A stretch of 63,829 bases of DNA, counting the filler, from Globobulimina sp. (taxonomy: Eukaryota): the NCBI GenBank assembly GCA_003354225.1. It is 18 parts of 18 records of this genome, joined end to end, with 100 filler letters (N's around TTAATTAATTAA, not from the genome) between each part and the next. Parts side by side here need not be neighbours in the genome. Positions count along the whole stretch, not along the records: positions 46,189 to 49,638 come from PIVH01002761.1; positions 49,739 to 53,186 come from PIVH01002762.1; positions 53,287 to 56,734 come from PIVH01002763.1; positions 56,835 to 60,282 come from PIVH01002764.1; positions 60,383 to 63,829 come from PIVH01002765.1; 13 more parts are not named here. One strand, written 5' to 3'. Of the stretch, positions 47,851-61,785 are shown in pieces (position 1 is the first letter of the stretch; every line of letters starts with the position of its first letter). The position numbers and the translations under genes are program-made. Below the pieces are notes generated by a model, which ran no database searches, was not told the origin of the DNA, and was given only the letters and a program-made list of their open reading frames with translations.

Positions 47851-49638
47851 ATGAAAGCTTGTGTATTAGCGCTGATCGGTGCATCATTAACACTTGCTCA
47901 ATTCCCAGACTTTGATGATTGGGTCACAGCTTTTCCTGGAGCATGGAGTTATATTATCCACCAATATCACAAACATAAAAAACCGTATAAAAATAAACAG
48001 CTAACCCTTGTGCTCAAACACTTTTACAAGGCACACCAACTTGTAATACCCAGCTGTCCTTCGAACAACGTGCTCACGATTTAGTATATAACCAAGAAGC
48101 AAAGTTACCAGATGCAAATACTGTGTATCAAACCTTATCAGGAAATGGTGCAGGCGCAGTGAATGAATTACACATTCCAGCGTATCAATGGTGGTCTGAA
48201 GCTTTGCACGGTGTTGCAAATTCCCCCGGCGTCCATTACAATGGTCCTATTAAAGCCACTACGATGTTCCCACAAGTAATCACAACTGCTGCTACATTCA
48301 ATGCATCATTAATGAGGGCAATCGGCGCTGTTATATCGACTGAAGCGCGGGCTATGTTTAATAACGGCCAGGCTGGCCTAACCTTTTGGGCTCCCAATAT
48401 TAACATATTCCGAGATCCACGATGGTACGTTAACACATTCTATATTTATTCTTAAATTGTTGCTCAACTGACAATTTGTAAAGGGGTCGCGGTCAGGAAA
48501 CACCTGGAGAGGGTATGCAATATACAGCAATTTCATTTATTTATACGCAAATGCGCAAATATGAATATATTTAGATCCGTTTGTGAATGCGGTCTATGCG
48601 AGCAATTTTGTTCGAGGAATGCAAGATGGCTCAGCCAAATATATCAAAGCGTCCGCCTGTTGCAAGCATTACGCAGACTATTCATTAGAGGCTGCAGATG
48701 GTGTTACTCGGCACAATTTCAATGCCATCGTGTCAGAATATGACCAAAATGACACATATTTGGTGGCATTTAAATACTGTGCCGTCGGCGGTAATGCCTC
48801 ATCAGTGATGTGTTCGTACAATGCAGAAAATGGCATCCCGTCGTGCGCCAATAGCGACATAATGACTACAAAATTGCGCGATGAGTGGGGATTTCAAGGC
48901 TACATTACATCGGATTGCGGCGCAGTGGCGGATGTGCAAAATAACCATCATTATACCAGCACGACGGGCGCCACTGTGGATGCCGTGTTTGCAGCTGGAA
49001 TGGATATCAATTGCGGCAGCTATACGCAGAAAAATACAGCGGCAGCCATCACGTCTGGCGCTACAAAGTTAGCCACTGTGCAAGCCGCAGCGTACAGAGC
49101 GGCCTTAGTTCAATTTCGATTGGGTTTATTTGATGGAGTGTCGTCGGCAAACACGCCATGGGCCGCATTGGGGCCTAGCAATGTTTGTGTGCCGTCTGCT
49201 CTTAATTTGGCACTGGCAGCAGCCAGACAGGGCGTGGTCTTATTGAAAAACAAGAAGAATACATTGCCATTGAAAAACACTTCCATCTCATCACTGGCCA
49301 ATATCGGACCCAATGCGCAGAATACAGGCGTTATGGAAGGCAATTATCATGGAAATGCGCCATTTGTTATTAATGTGCAACAGGGATTGCAAATGTTTGT
49401 GAAAGCAACTACGTATCAACGAGGTGTCGCCATGTCCTCCTCCGACACGTCGGGCATCGCCGCCGCTGTGAATGCGGCCAAAGCTGCGGACGCCACGGTG
49501 TTGGTAATGGGATTGGATGAGTCGCAGGAGGCCGAAGGACACGATCGAACCAATATAGCCATGCCTGGCCAGCAAAATAACTGCATTCAACAAGTGGCCG
49601 CTGCGGCGAAAGGACCGGTGATTTTGGTGATATTGAGT
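47851..49638 (+). CDS. Glycoside hydrolase family 3 beta-xylosidase/arabinofuranosidase-like, secreted, 3' partial
   Basis: YQWWSEALHGV, GLTFWAPNINIFRDPRW|GRGQETPGE|DP (micro-exon about 48483-48512), CKHY, MCSYN, GYITSDC and VVLLKN. Confidence 0.92.
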
Positions 49639-49815
49639 NNNNNNNNNNNNNNNNNNNNNNNNNNNNNNNNNNNNNNNNNNNNTTAATTAATTAANNNNNN
49701 NNNNNNNNNNNNNNNNNNNNNNNNNNNNNNNNNNNNNNTTAACCTCCGAACTTAGTTGACCCCAGTCAATTTAGGCAACTATTTAGGAAACCTAGGCTCT
49801 TGTTTTTTGCCAAAC

Positions 49816-51060
49816 ATGGCAACCAAATCAAAATGGAAGTGCCAAGACAATGCATATGGTTATGGGGGATGTGGTTTACTGCAACCTTTCAGCAAACAAT
49901 GCAAAAGATGTTTCAAATTAAATCCAAATGCAATTGGTATGACAACATCCTTTGTAAATATCCTACTATAAAATATACATTAATTTCAATGCACAGATAC
50001 TTTGGATATAAAAGTAATAAAACCACAGACATTAGTTCCTTTCCCCAACAATGTTTCTTCATTAACTAATGCCCTCACTATCAACCATAAAGAATTCATT
50101 ATCGGCTCGGAAGCGAAGCCGCGTTCCAAATTACATAAATACAATATCGAATCAAACACATGGTCGACTTACGATAATCATAAATCTTCATTAAAAAACA
50201 CCAAACAATACATCCTCTCCTTAAATCCATGCTATTCCTCCTATTCCTTCAACCATTTACTGATTGGTTACATTCGTTTTAATTTCCCGCAAATATTCAG
50301 CAAAATGCCGGGTGAAATATGCGCACTTTGCATCTCATATTATTCTTCAATCGATGTGAATTTGTGTGTACTCGATGACAATTATAACATTACAAAGCTT
50401 GAGATAAAAAACAATAAACTTTATGACGGTGAAAAGTATGAGATATATAACGAGGGTGTTTATGAATTTTGCACGGATGAGACAGCGCAAACTTGTGTGG
50501 TGACTATGGATGAATGCTGGCATTTGGTGGACAATAACGACCATCATATGTATAATATGTGTAGCAAAAAGCTCAAATTAATCAAAGAATTCAGGTTTAC
50601 AAAAGTATTTTGTCCGTATGAAATGGTTTATGTTTCCACACAAAATTGTCTATTATTAGTGGCTCAATGCACGGCAAAAAGCAATCGGAAATGTGTATAT
50701 CCCGCAAATGAAATGTTTAGATATTGTTTTGAGCAGAAAAAGTGGAAGAATATGTATCTCACATTCCCATATTTGTTGTATGATATATCTGTTTTGTTGA
50801 CCAGGGATGAAAATTATTTGATAGTGGTTGGAAGTTGTTCTTCTAAGAATAGCCGTAATGATCAGAAATATAACACAAAAAAAGTGTTGATATTGGATGT
50901 GGTTACGATGAAATTTGAGCAGAGAGAGATCGAATTGGATATCGCCAATGGAATGGCGAATGGAGATGACGCGCATATGCTGATAATGCCTAATAATGAT
51001 ATTCATATTTTGTACGTTAAGGATCATTACAAATTTAATCTTGCTCAGTTGTTTCAATAA
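49816..51060 (+). CDS. Zinc-ribbon-like N-terminus + Kelch/beta-propeller-like protein, 2 exons
   Basis: WKC..GC..CKRC first exon and intron about 49937-49997, then LHKYNIESNTWS, FRYCFEQKKWK, LIVVGS and ILDV blades. Confidence 0.55.
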
Positions 51061-51097
51061 AGCAGTTTTTTATATAAAGAAAAATCGTTTTTTGATC

Positions 51098-53186
51098 ATG
51101 TCTTGGACAAAAAAGAAGACGTACAAACCAAAAAAGTTCCGCCCCAGACAACGCACCAAAGACGATGTCGAATACCAACGCCAAATCGAGCGCGCCCGCG
51201 ACGAAGCCAAACAGCACGCCATCAAACTCGAAAGCGAACGAAAAGCAAAACAACTGCAACTCGAAAAAGAAGCGCAACTCCGTCGTGAATTGGCTCTAAT
51301 TCAACGCAAACAGGCTCTCATCAAACAACACCAAGACGACGCCCGCAAATACTTCCAACAAAAGCGCAATTTATGGCAACATCGGCTCAAACTCCGTCCG
51401 CTGAACCTCGAGAAGAACAAAACGAAGCCCAACACAAAAAACCTCGAGACCAAAATCAAAAAAATCCAGGGCTTCCTAAAGAAAACCAAACAATTCGAGA
51501 AACACAGCAAAAACATCCAATCGCTGATCCGCGAAATGGAGAAACTCAAACTCGGCCCATATATCGACGAAGTGATCAAAGACTTAACCACCACAAACAT
51601 CGCTGACAAGGCCGAAATCGACAAATTGTTACACTTAGTCTCGGCTATACATTATCGATTCGATATCAATAACAATCGGATGTTTTTGAAACCATTTCGC
51701 GACGCCATATTGGACTGTTTTCGGCCAGTAAGCAAAGAGAAGTTAAATAAAAAAAAGCAATTACTAAACCTATCCATTCTCATTGAAATGCAGTATTTGG
51801 GCCTGATTAAGACGAACAGCAATACGATCTGCGAGTTGTTGAGACATATAATCAAAACGCAGCAGAAACACAAGGAGAAATTGACGGAAAATATCCGCAA
51901 TGCGCAGGCGGTGGAGGTGAAGCGGGAGAGTGTGGACGATAATAATTACAAGTTTGAGGACAATAAAAACAAAAAAGAGATTATGGATATGATATTTGAG
52001 TACGACGAGATAATGATACACACTTTGGATCTGATTATACGTTTTTTGAAGTACACCAATGAGGAATGTTTGGGTGAGGTTTGTGTGTTGGACGAGAAAT
52101 ATTATCGCGCCTTGGATAAGGAAGTGGCGGTGGAGCCACATGAGATATTTTCGAGCAAACAGAAGAAGCAAATCAGTGACTTGGTGATGGCGTATTATCT
52201 CAAGATTAGTGGCAAATATTTGCAGTTGGACTTGAAACTGCGAAAACAGCGGAGGATGAACAATATCATATTGATTGAGCGGGGCTGCATCACTGACAAT
52301 CGACAGGATATTACGGACGAATTGGAAGAGGTTGTGGGTAAAATGAAAGGTATATTTTCCATCTGTTTTTGGCAAATATTACACTGAAAATCTTTTTTTT
52401 TTGATGTGTTTCCCAGTCAATTTGCAATTCTTTGTGGATTATTTACCGAATACGTTGCAATTTCCAGAGGAATTGGCCATGAATGAAGATAAAATCACTT
52501 TGAATATCGATGGACAGTTAACGTCGTTATCTGATGCGCAAAATGCGTCTTTTTTTGATGATGCGGTGTCGCGCTCTTTTTATGAAAATATCCCTGAATT
52601 AAAGGATAATATCCCGGGTTCGCTGTTGCAAGGCGATAATATTAAGCCCGTCGTAGTGGAAAAGGCAGACATTGACGCAGACAATGCAGACATTGATGGC
52701 GTGAATATCACGGACATGCCGGCGTATTTGGTGGACGTTGTGGAGGATGATTACGAGGAAGAGGAGGAAGACAAAAAACAATATACAATGAAGGATTTAT
52801 TGGCGGCTTTGCAGTGTATGGGCTCGCGGAAAGAGACTGAATTCTTAGCAGAGAAGTTTTGTTACTTAAATTCGAGAAATAACCGCAAATATTTGGCGTC
52901 AGTTTTGTCGTCGTGTGGGAGCATGGAAAATACGCGTTTGCCTTTTTATTGCCGGTTTATAGCCATTTTGAATCTGTCGCAGATAAATATTGGTGATCGG
53001 GTATGTTTTTTTTATTTTATGGCACTCAGAAATTATATTTTTACTTTGAAATAAAAATATTTCCAGGTCTGTCTAAGTATTGAAAAGGAGTTTTATCGCT
53101 TATTTTTGAGCAAAAAATCGTATTTAATGGACGCGAAAATGGCCAATTTATCCTACATTGCAGAATTGGCTAAATTTTCAATCTTC
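51098..53186 (+). CDS. UPF2: Nonsense-mediated decay factor UPF2 (MIF4G domains), 3' partial
   Basis: LETKIKKIQGFLKK..LKLGPYIDEV, FFDDAVSRSFYENIPELKDNIP, FCYLNSRNNRKYL..LPFYCRFIAIL, and last exon YIAELAKF. Confidence 0.8.
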
Positions 53187-53286
53187 NNNNNNNNNNNNNN
53201 NNNNNNNNNNNNNNNNNNNNNNNNNNNNNNTTAATTAATTAANNNNNNNNNNNNNNNNNNNNNNNNNNNNNNNNNNNNNNNNNNNN

Positions 53287-56200
53287 GATGACAAACATTA
53301 TACTGTGATCGCGAAACAACATCTTTTCTTCCAGCAATTTACATGTCCATTCTGCCAGAACTTCTATCGCAGCAGAGACTCTCTGAACCATCATTTGAGC
53401 AGAAAGAAATGCGTCGCACAGGCCATACTGGAGAAAAACCCTGACGCGGACTTACGAGATTTTTGGGGATCCGATGACATATTTTCTGCTAAAATAAAGA
53501 ATCATTTTAAAGGTGGAAAAAATCAGCGTAAATTGACCATAGCCGAACGGTTGGAGAATATCGGAATCGATGTCGGCGACGATTTCGATCTTAATCCTTA
53601 TTTTGCCATCGCCGATATTGAAACGTTGCTGGGAGAAAAATTTTATGAAGACGAACAGACCACCGGCGAGGCTGCGCTCGGACCCAAATCTTTGCTATTG
53701 ACCGATCAGCACACACCTATCGCCATTTCCATTGTTTCCAATGTACCTGTAGAACCCTTCTCAACTAGCCGTTGCTTTATCGGTCTGGATGGTGGGTCGA
53801 CATTCATTCAGAATTTTCTAGGATACACCTTAAGAATGTCTGAAGAAGCGGCAATCGAAACTGTGCAAATGGATGCCATACAAGAAGTGTTTACAGAATT
53901 GAATGGAGCGATTAAAAAACTGGTAGAGAGTGACACAAAACCTGCATTGGTCGCGATGATGAAAAAACTGAGAAAAGATATTGGCAATCAAATTGATCAA
54001 CTACCGGTGTTATTTTATAATTCGTCTTTTGATCTCACATGTCTTTGTTCTTACGGTCTGGCTCATTATATGACAGAAATGGAAGGAAGTCCACCGAAAG
54101 CATTGAAGAAACGAAATCAGTGGATTTTTTTGGCCTCTCAACATATACGATTTTTGGATGTAATCAAATACTTAAATGGTAGAGTATCATTGACAGATTT
54201 CTTGTACGCCTACGGTGTGGAGGATCGATATTCAAAATTGGGGTTTCCATATCAAATATTGAGAACGGCAGACGATTTGGAAAAAGAATTACCATTACCA
54301 TACGAAAGCTTTTGGTCGGATTTGAAACAAACAAACACACTGAATACAGCTTACGAGCGATATCAGGATTTGTTGGAGAGAGGTGTGGAGAAGGATAAGG
54401 CTTTGAAAATGCTGAAAAGAACGGAAGAACCCGAGAAAGGAGAGGTGGTACATGAAAAACTTATGCAATTTGTGAAAGAGAAAAATATGACCAAGTTATG
54501 GCATTATTTAGCCTTGTACTGCTCCGTCGATTGTTTGGGTGTACACGTGGGTTTGGAACGAATGAAAAGATCGATCAAGAAATTAGCCGACATTGATATG
54601 TTCGAATTTAACACCCTACCCAGTCTCAGTTATGCTTGGGCGTTAAAACACTTGGCCGACTACCCTGACGAAACTTTCAATTACGTTGTAAGATTGGGTA
54701 AGGAAGCATTTAATATGATCAATTCTAATATACGCGGTGGTGCTTCTACAATTTTGAAACGATTATCAGCCGTCGGTTACACCAAAATACAAGCTCACGC
54801 ATACAGTGTACCAGAAATTGTTAAGAATATAATGGTTTTGGATTTCAACACACTTTATGGCAGCACGAGTATGTTTGAATGCCCAGTGCTCGGACCGTAC
54901 TCTATCAGAAGAAAGGAAAATAATTTCCTGATGGATAAAGTTCAAGAAAGAGGGTTGCTCGCCCTGTGTTGGCTGGAATATGAAGCACGGTGCAACCACA
55001 AAAAACAGATTCAAACTATTCTGGGTGCAAAATCGGAGAAAACTCTGCTGTTGGAACCCGGGGTACGTGCACGGTTGGATGGATGGATCACGCTGGGTAA
55101 AGACAAGAAAGGAAAGCTTTATGGATTATCCTTCGAATTTCATGGATCGGTGGTACATTCACACCCTAGTGCGATGACGAAGGATCAGTTTGAAAATGGA
55201 GTCAACCCTTTCAATAAACGTCCAAACAAAGAAGTGTATGAAGAGACGCTGGCTCGAGATGAATTGATCAAAAAACATCCACAAGTTGCAGAACATCATG
55301 TGATGTGGTCACACGATTGGGAGAAAATGATTAAGACAAAACCGTTTGTAAAGTGTTTTGTGGAGTCTATAATAAACAAATTCAGTCCAAAGGAAGTCGA
55401 AAAAAGTTTTTCGTGGCAAAGATGTTTAGAGTTGATTTTGGAGAAGAAAATTCACGGATGTGTGCAGTGTTCCCTGAAAACACCGGACTCAAAGATCGGT
55501 GAGATGGCTCTCTACCCTCCATTTTGGTTACATCGAAATTTGAAAAGAGATGATCTCTGTCAGACCGAGAAAGATTACGCTGTAAAGTATGAGAAAATGA
55601 AGGGGGAAAATGGGGAAAGGATGTTGTGCAATGAGTTGATGGTCGAAGACACCGTGATTACCACCGATCTGCTCTGTTTCTATATCGAAGATTTGGGTTT
55701 GGAATGCACAAATATAGAGAAAGTTATACAATTCAAAGGTCGTGGCAAACCGTGGCTACCGTTTCTGGAGAAGTGCATAAAATTCAGAGAAGATGGAAAG
55801 GACACCGGTGTTCAGGTTCAAGTTATGGTCGCCAAAGCTATTTTAAATACTTTCTTTGGCTCATCCATTATGAAATTGGAAGGTCGCAGACAAACCTCGT
55901 TTGTGCCGGAGGAAAAGATTTTGATGACTGTAGACAAAGATAATTTTTTCTCCAGTGTTCAATCTGGCCCAAGCTGTAATCCAAACGCTATTTTCGAAAC
56001 CCAATTGACAAAACTAGATGTCCATCAAAACAGCTCCAAACAAATTGGTTTCTGGATTTTGAATTGCAGTAAAATGATTTTATTGCGATTCATCCACCTT
56101 CAACTGCAATATTATCTCAGACCTGGAACATTCGAAATTTATGCTACAGACACGGATTCTTGTATTCTTGGAATCGCCACAGAAGGCAGCGATTTACGAC

Positions 56201-56734
56201 CGCTGTGTAAACCGGAAATGATGGTCGAATTTGAAGAGCAATATGACAAAATTTTTGTCACCAAAGACGAAGACAGTCTTAAACCTTTGTTGTTGAAAAT
56301 CGAGAAAGAAGGAGACATTTTTGTTGGTTTATCGGCGAAAATGTATGAAATTGTATCAAACAGAGATCGATTGCCAAAAATCGCCTGCAAAGGTATCCCT
56401 CAGACCATAGAAAACGAGATGGTTCTAAGTTTGAGCAATTATATTGCCACTGTTTTCGATATCGATGAAGAGCGCTATAAAGCCACCGTTCGTGGTATGC
56501 GGGTGGATTCCGATAAATTAATGCGGACATATGTGCAAGAAAAAAGTGGATTACGTCGGTTTTGCCCCAAGGTTGGATATTTCCCTTGCGCAATTTGTAA
56601 TTTCCCACGTGATCTGAAAGATGATTCAGATACTTTGACACAATTGTTTCCATATCACGATCGTCACTGTGATGCCAGTTATGATTCACTCGTACAACAT
56701 ATCGAGGAAAATTTTCCCAATTTAGTTATTAAGG
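53287..56734 (+). mobile_element. polB: Protein-primed family B DNA polymerase of a Polinton/Maverick or Polinton-like virus (partial at both ends)
   Basis: Intronless frame of over 1140 codons, less AT-rich than host contigs. C2H2 finger, ExoI ADIET, ExoII YNSSFD, ExoIII YCSVD, IRGG, motif A DFNTLYG, inserted LDGW..FEFHGSVVHSH nuclease-like domain, motif B KAILNTFFG, motif C TDTDS, KMY and KGI. Confidence 0.88.
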
Positions 56735-56834
56735 NNNNNNNNNNNNNNNNNNNNNNNNNNNNNNNNNNNNNNNNNNNNTTAATTAATTAANNNNNNNNNN
56801 NNNNNNNNNNNNNNNNNNNNNNNNNNNNNNNNNN

Positions 56835-58836
56835 TGAGGAGGAAGATGATGAGTACCACCAACAGAATGGGAAGCGATTCAAACGTCAGAAAAATGCCAG
56901 GAAAGAGAAACGGACACTCATTGAATCAGACCTAATGGACGAATATGACTCCGTTAGTTATGCCACGGTGAGCAGTGACAGCGACATTGATTATTTATCC
57001 GTTGATTCGGAGCACGCGCTTCAAGACAGTAAAAAGGTAAAACATAGCCACTGTGAGAAGAAAATGGAAGAGAAACTCGGTGCGCGTGGTATTGGCATGG
57101 ATGTGGAAATTGGACATGGAGCCACTACTATGTACGATTTGGAAGCCAGTGAGTTTGATAATATTCACCATTCGCCCGACGCGTCCATACTCGTCGCCAA
57201 TCCGATGATATCTTCCTATATTGCGGCGCAAGTGGAGCAGAAATGGAGTGAGGAGCAGAGAGAGCGAGACCTGATGGAGGAGGAAAGAGTAAAATATGAG
57301 CAAATGCTCGAAGGGAGCAATACAGATTTAGATGAGGAGCGAAGTGGAGATACTGGCACTGACACTGACAGTGACTCTGATGACTGCAATGTGCGACGTT
57401 TGAATGACGACGAGGATGAGACCGAGGATGGCGAAGATGAGTATATTTTGGAGAAATTGAGAGAGATTCTTGGCAGTCATCAGTTTTTAGAGCAAGATGG
57501 TGATGGCTCGGAAGATAGTACGAATGACGTGGATGGCGTATTGGATCAGGTCGAAAATCTGTGTCGCGACGTGGATGAGTACAGTAATAAATATTTTAGC
57601 ACCTCGCAGAGGAATAAGAAACTGAAAAATGAGGTGGAGCGAATGGAGAATGAGCTGGAAGATATAGAAAGTCAGCATGACTTATTGAAGCAGGAATATA
57701 TGAAATTGCGCCAACAAAACGAGAGCTTAGCCTCCAAAGTGAGGAAGTATGAGCGGTATAACACGTACAATAAACCGACACCGAATGGTCATACCACAGC
57801 CGGCGGCTATGACTCTGACGACGAGTTTGAAGAGAAAGATATTTTAAATCAGTTACAAGACGATTTGTTACAGCTGAGACAGGACATAAAAGAGAGTCAA
57901 AAGTCCGCCAAATCAGAGTACAAAGATTGCAAATTGCGATTGGAATCTATGTGTGAACCGTTAGGGGACTTAGCCAATGATTTTAAGTCTGATGTATTGA
58001 AAGAAGCGCTGGGCAAATTAGAGAAATCATGCAATGATATCTCCAACTTACAGAAACAGCGGTTGTTTCAACATGGTCCCTTGGCGAATATTGTCGAGAG
58101 TAATATTGATGATATTGATGATTTATTGCATGAAATCGAGAAAATGAAAGCGAAAAAAGTAGCCAATCAAAATGCAGTTAATACCAATGGTGGTGTGTCT
58201 GATATGGATAAATACAAATATCCGGAATTAATCTATGATGGCGATGACGGCAAAAATAATATAAAGGAACATGAGCCGGGCAGTAATTTGGAGCGATATA
58301 AATTCGGCGATGACGAGAAGGATAAATGGAAGGATACACCTGGGCAAAATATAGAGTTTGACGCCAATTTTCCGCGTGTTCGCAAAATTGAGATTGATGG
58401 CAATTGGTTTAATAAGAAACCGCGAGCAGTGATTGAATGGAACGGGAACGAGTTTAAACGGAAGATGGCCGATTTCAAGTGGTTGTGGAGAATGTTAATG
58501 TTGAACTCGACGATTGATCGCATTCCGCCGGATTATCCGTCGGACATTCCGGAGAGTCTGTGGCCGGAAGGATATCTAAGACGGCGGAAGAGAGAGTTGA
58601 ACCTATTTTTAATGCAATGCCACTCGTTGCCGTGGATTAAAAAGTATAAGGTGTATAATGATATATTTCTTGAGGTGGATAAGAAAGAATGGAAAAGGAA
58701 AAGAAATGAACAGGATGAAGATATTATTGATAGAATTAAACATAAACAATCTACGTATGATAAAACGATTGATGTAATTGATAACAATAACGATAATTAT
58801 CAGATACACACAAATGATAACGATCCTAATTATTAA
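56835..58836 (+). CDS. Acidic coiled-coil protein with C-terminal PX-like domain, 5' partial
   Basis: KRKMADFKWL..IPPDYP..YLRRRKRELNLFL follows the PX pattern. The frame is open from the contig edge. Confidence 0.65.
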
Positions 58837-59152
58837 TTTTACGTTTTTTGTTTGAATGACGAACATATATTTTTATTTGTTTGCTTAAATGTTGATTAAA
58901 TGTTGATTATTTTTATTTTTTCCTTTTTTTTTTGATTGTACTTTTATTATTGCCATTTAACAAATCAACTGATTTTTATTGCCAATAAAAAGTACAATCC
59001 AAAAGGGTTTGTTATTTTTATCTAGCGCTTAGATTAAAAAAGGTTTTCTGGTTACTAGTTTTTTTCCTAATCATCCTTCCCAAGTTAAAAACAAATATTG
59101 TGTTGTTCTGTACATATATATTGGACCATTATATATATATACAGCTTAAAAA

Positions 59153-60282
59153 ATGGGTAATACAGATTCGACGCACAAATTGGGAGAGAGAGTGCTTGCT
59201 GGTCAGAGAAAGTTGAATCAAGACAAAGAAATCCAATCTGAACGATATGAATATTTCGCATTAAACAATCCAGAGATGTTAGATGTTATGATGAAAAGTG
59301 TTGAAATGTCTTTTAAGTGTTGCTCACCATTTTTAGAACCGATATTATTGATAGCATTCAAACACAATCCGGAAACCTGCAAAAAAATCGTATTAAATTC
59401 GTGTAGAAAAGTTCTCAGTGCGCCAATCGAGAAAAAACAACATCAATGGTTTAGAGAATATGTATTCCCATCTTCTTTATGGATGTTCAAGACCAAAGAA
59501 AATAGGTTTATGTATAAAGAATTATTGAGTATCGCCAAAAATATGTCCGCAGATATCATAGATAGTATGGACTCCATTTATAGCCATTTAGAAGTACATT
59601 CCAAATGGACACAGATTTTAGATATTAAGCATCAACAATCCGTATTAAGGCAAGACCATCAAACCGTGGGTCTATTGCGAGAAAAAGCACTCTATGAAAT
59701 ATTTGAGGGTAAAACTATGGATGCTGATGAAAAAAATAACGATACTGGCAATAAATCAGAAGATATGAAAAGTTTCATTGATTCCAATTTGGCCATAAAT
59801 ATTTTGATGAGTGCTGCTGCAAACATTAACAACGAATTTCAAAATCATGTCAGAGCATTAATGAGTCGCTATGGAGATTTTCAACCCGGTCCAATAAAGA
59901 AAGTGGAGCGTTGCGTGAGTAAATTAGAAAATGATTACCAGGACGCCAAATATCCGAAATGTGGCAAATTATTAGATTTGATTCGTTGTTCAGTGACGTT
60001 TAACACTTTGGATCAATTAATTGTTGGCTATAACGGTTTAATGAGGCATCTCGCGCAAAATAAGAGTATTATCGAGTTAGGGAGAGTTAAAAATGGCTTT
60101 TTAGAGAAAGGTGCCGGAGGATATAGAGACGTTAAAGTGAATGTGGTGTATAAATCGCAGATTAATCCCGGCCTAAATATGATTTGCGAGATCCAGCTAA
60201 TGCTTATCAACTATTTACAGGAAAAGAAACGAATCCATAAATTGTACAGTATTTTGCGGGAAGAATTATATTTTCAAATGGT
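59153..60282 (+). CDS. RelA/SpoT-synthetase-like nucleotidyltransferase protein with N-myristoylation motif, 3' partial
   Basis: MGNTDS, then GPIKKVERCVSK, LDLIRC, KNGF..GYRDVKVN, EIQ and HKLY. Clear paralog of 7112-9670. Confidence 0.75.
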
Positions 60283-60382
60283 NNNNNNNNNNNNNNNNNN
60301 NNNNNNNNNNNNNNNNNNNNNNNNNNTTAATTAATTAANNNNNNNNNNNNNNNNNNNNNNNNNNNNNNNNNNNNNNNNNNNN

Positions 60383-61700
60383 ATCACAATGACAAGCATA
60401 GCGGCTCTGGCTGAGACTGCAGTTGCTACCAAACCCAGTATCAAAACACGACTGCATATCTCAAATAATCTAAAACACATTCGATAAATAAATTGCTTAT
60501 TCCATCTACTTTTTATATGTTTATACATCTGTATATTAATTATATTTATATTTTATATTTATATGTATAGTATTCTACCAATGTAATTGTCAATATATAT
60601 ATATGCTAAACTTTAGTATCATCATTAATAACTTTTGTAGATAACGTATAAAACGACCACAACCAGCCTATAATCTCAATGTAACTATCTTCCAAAGTGC
60701 CAACTCTTAAAAAAAAATAGGTAGTTAATATTAACTGCGGTGCCGCTTCTAACACAGCTTCTAATTTTTTTATATATGTCAAAGTGTCAGTGGTTCTACA
60801 TTCAATGTGGCTGAAATAGATTTCTCTCAATATTAACAAGTCACAAACTTGTAACATTGCTTTTTTTCTCGATTTTTGCGATTTATAGACAGCATATGCA
60901 GATATAAACCGATATCCTAATTGGACAAAGAGAGATGTCCAAAACAATGGGAAATAATCAATATGGTCGATATCGGTGCCAGCCATGGCATGTTTGCCCC
61001 ATTTTAATAGTACGGAAATATCCGTAGCAACATCCCAAGTATGCTTCAACGACTCTTCATATATGCTCCTATTTCGCAACATCTCTTTAAAATATTCAAT
61101 TGTTACTCGAAGACATGTACGTTTTCTATCTTCTAAATGATATAAACTATGTCTACTGCGTCTACGATCTAAATGTATGCGTTCAATACTCTGTGGGTTC
61201 GATAATGCTTCAAAATACTTATCATTTGATATTGAGACATTGTGCATTTGCAGATGTGGCGGTTGTGGCGTAATTGTATTGGTTAAATACGAAGCATTTG
61301 ATAGTGAATAGCGAATTATATATTTTTCTTCTTCGTTATCTCTATCTTCATCTTTTGCCTTCTGAGGAGTGCGTATTCCTAACATGTTATTATTGTGATT
61401 TGACCAAAAATGTTTATTAAAAATGATGGAATTCTCGGTTGGTGTTTTATTATTATTATTATTACTATTTTTATTCTGTTTGCTGATACGTTGTATTTCT
61501 TGACTAGTCATATCACGCTTTATTGTATTAAATGGAAACAATGTTTCATTAGATGGCATCATCTGTTTTTTAGGCTTTGTTAATTCTATTGAAGTGTTTT
61601 CATCATTTAATCTTTTATACGCTAAAACGGATATAATTAGAAACAGTACAGTTGTTGAGAATCCATAAAAAAACATTCCATAGGTTTCTATTGACGGCAT
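60383..61700 (-). CDS. XK-related (Xkr scramblase-like) membrane protein, 3' partial
   Basis: WDVATDI and LEAVLEAAPQLIL, then after an intron (about 60531-60611) FRLFEICSRVLILGL. Confidence 0.65.
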
Positions 61701-61785
61701 TGTTTAATATTAATGTTGACAATACTTGACATACAAGTACAACTGTCAGAAAACTTTTAGTTATATAGTGATCATGAAACAATTT

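Noticed and set aside
53287-60282. polB lying near the RelA/SpoT-like gene as a virus plus defence island
   Set aside because: They are on different contigs, so the adjacency is an artefact of sorting by length.
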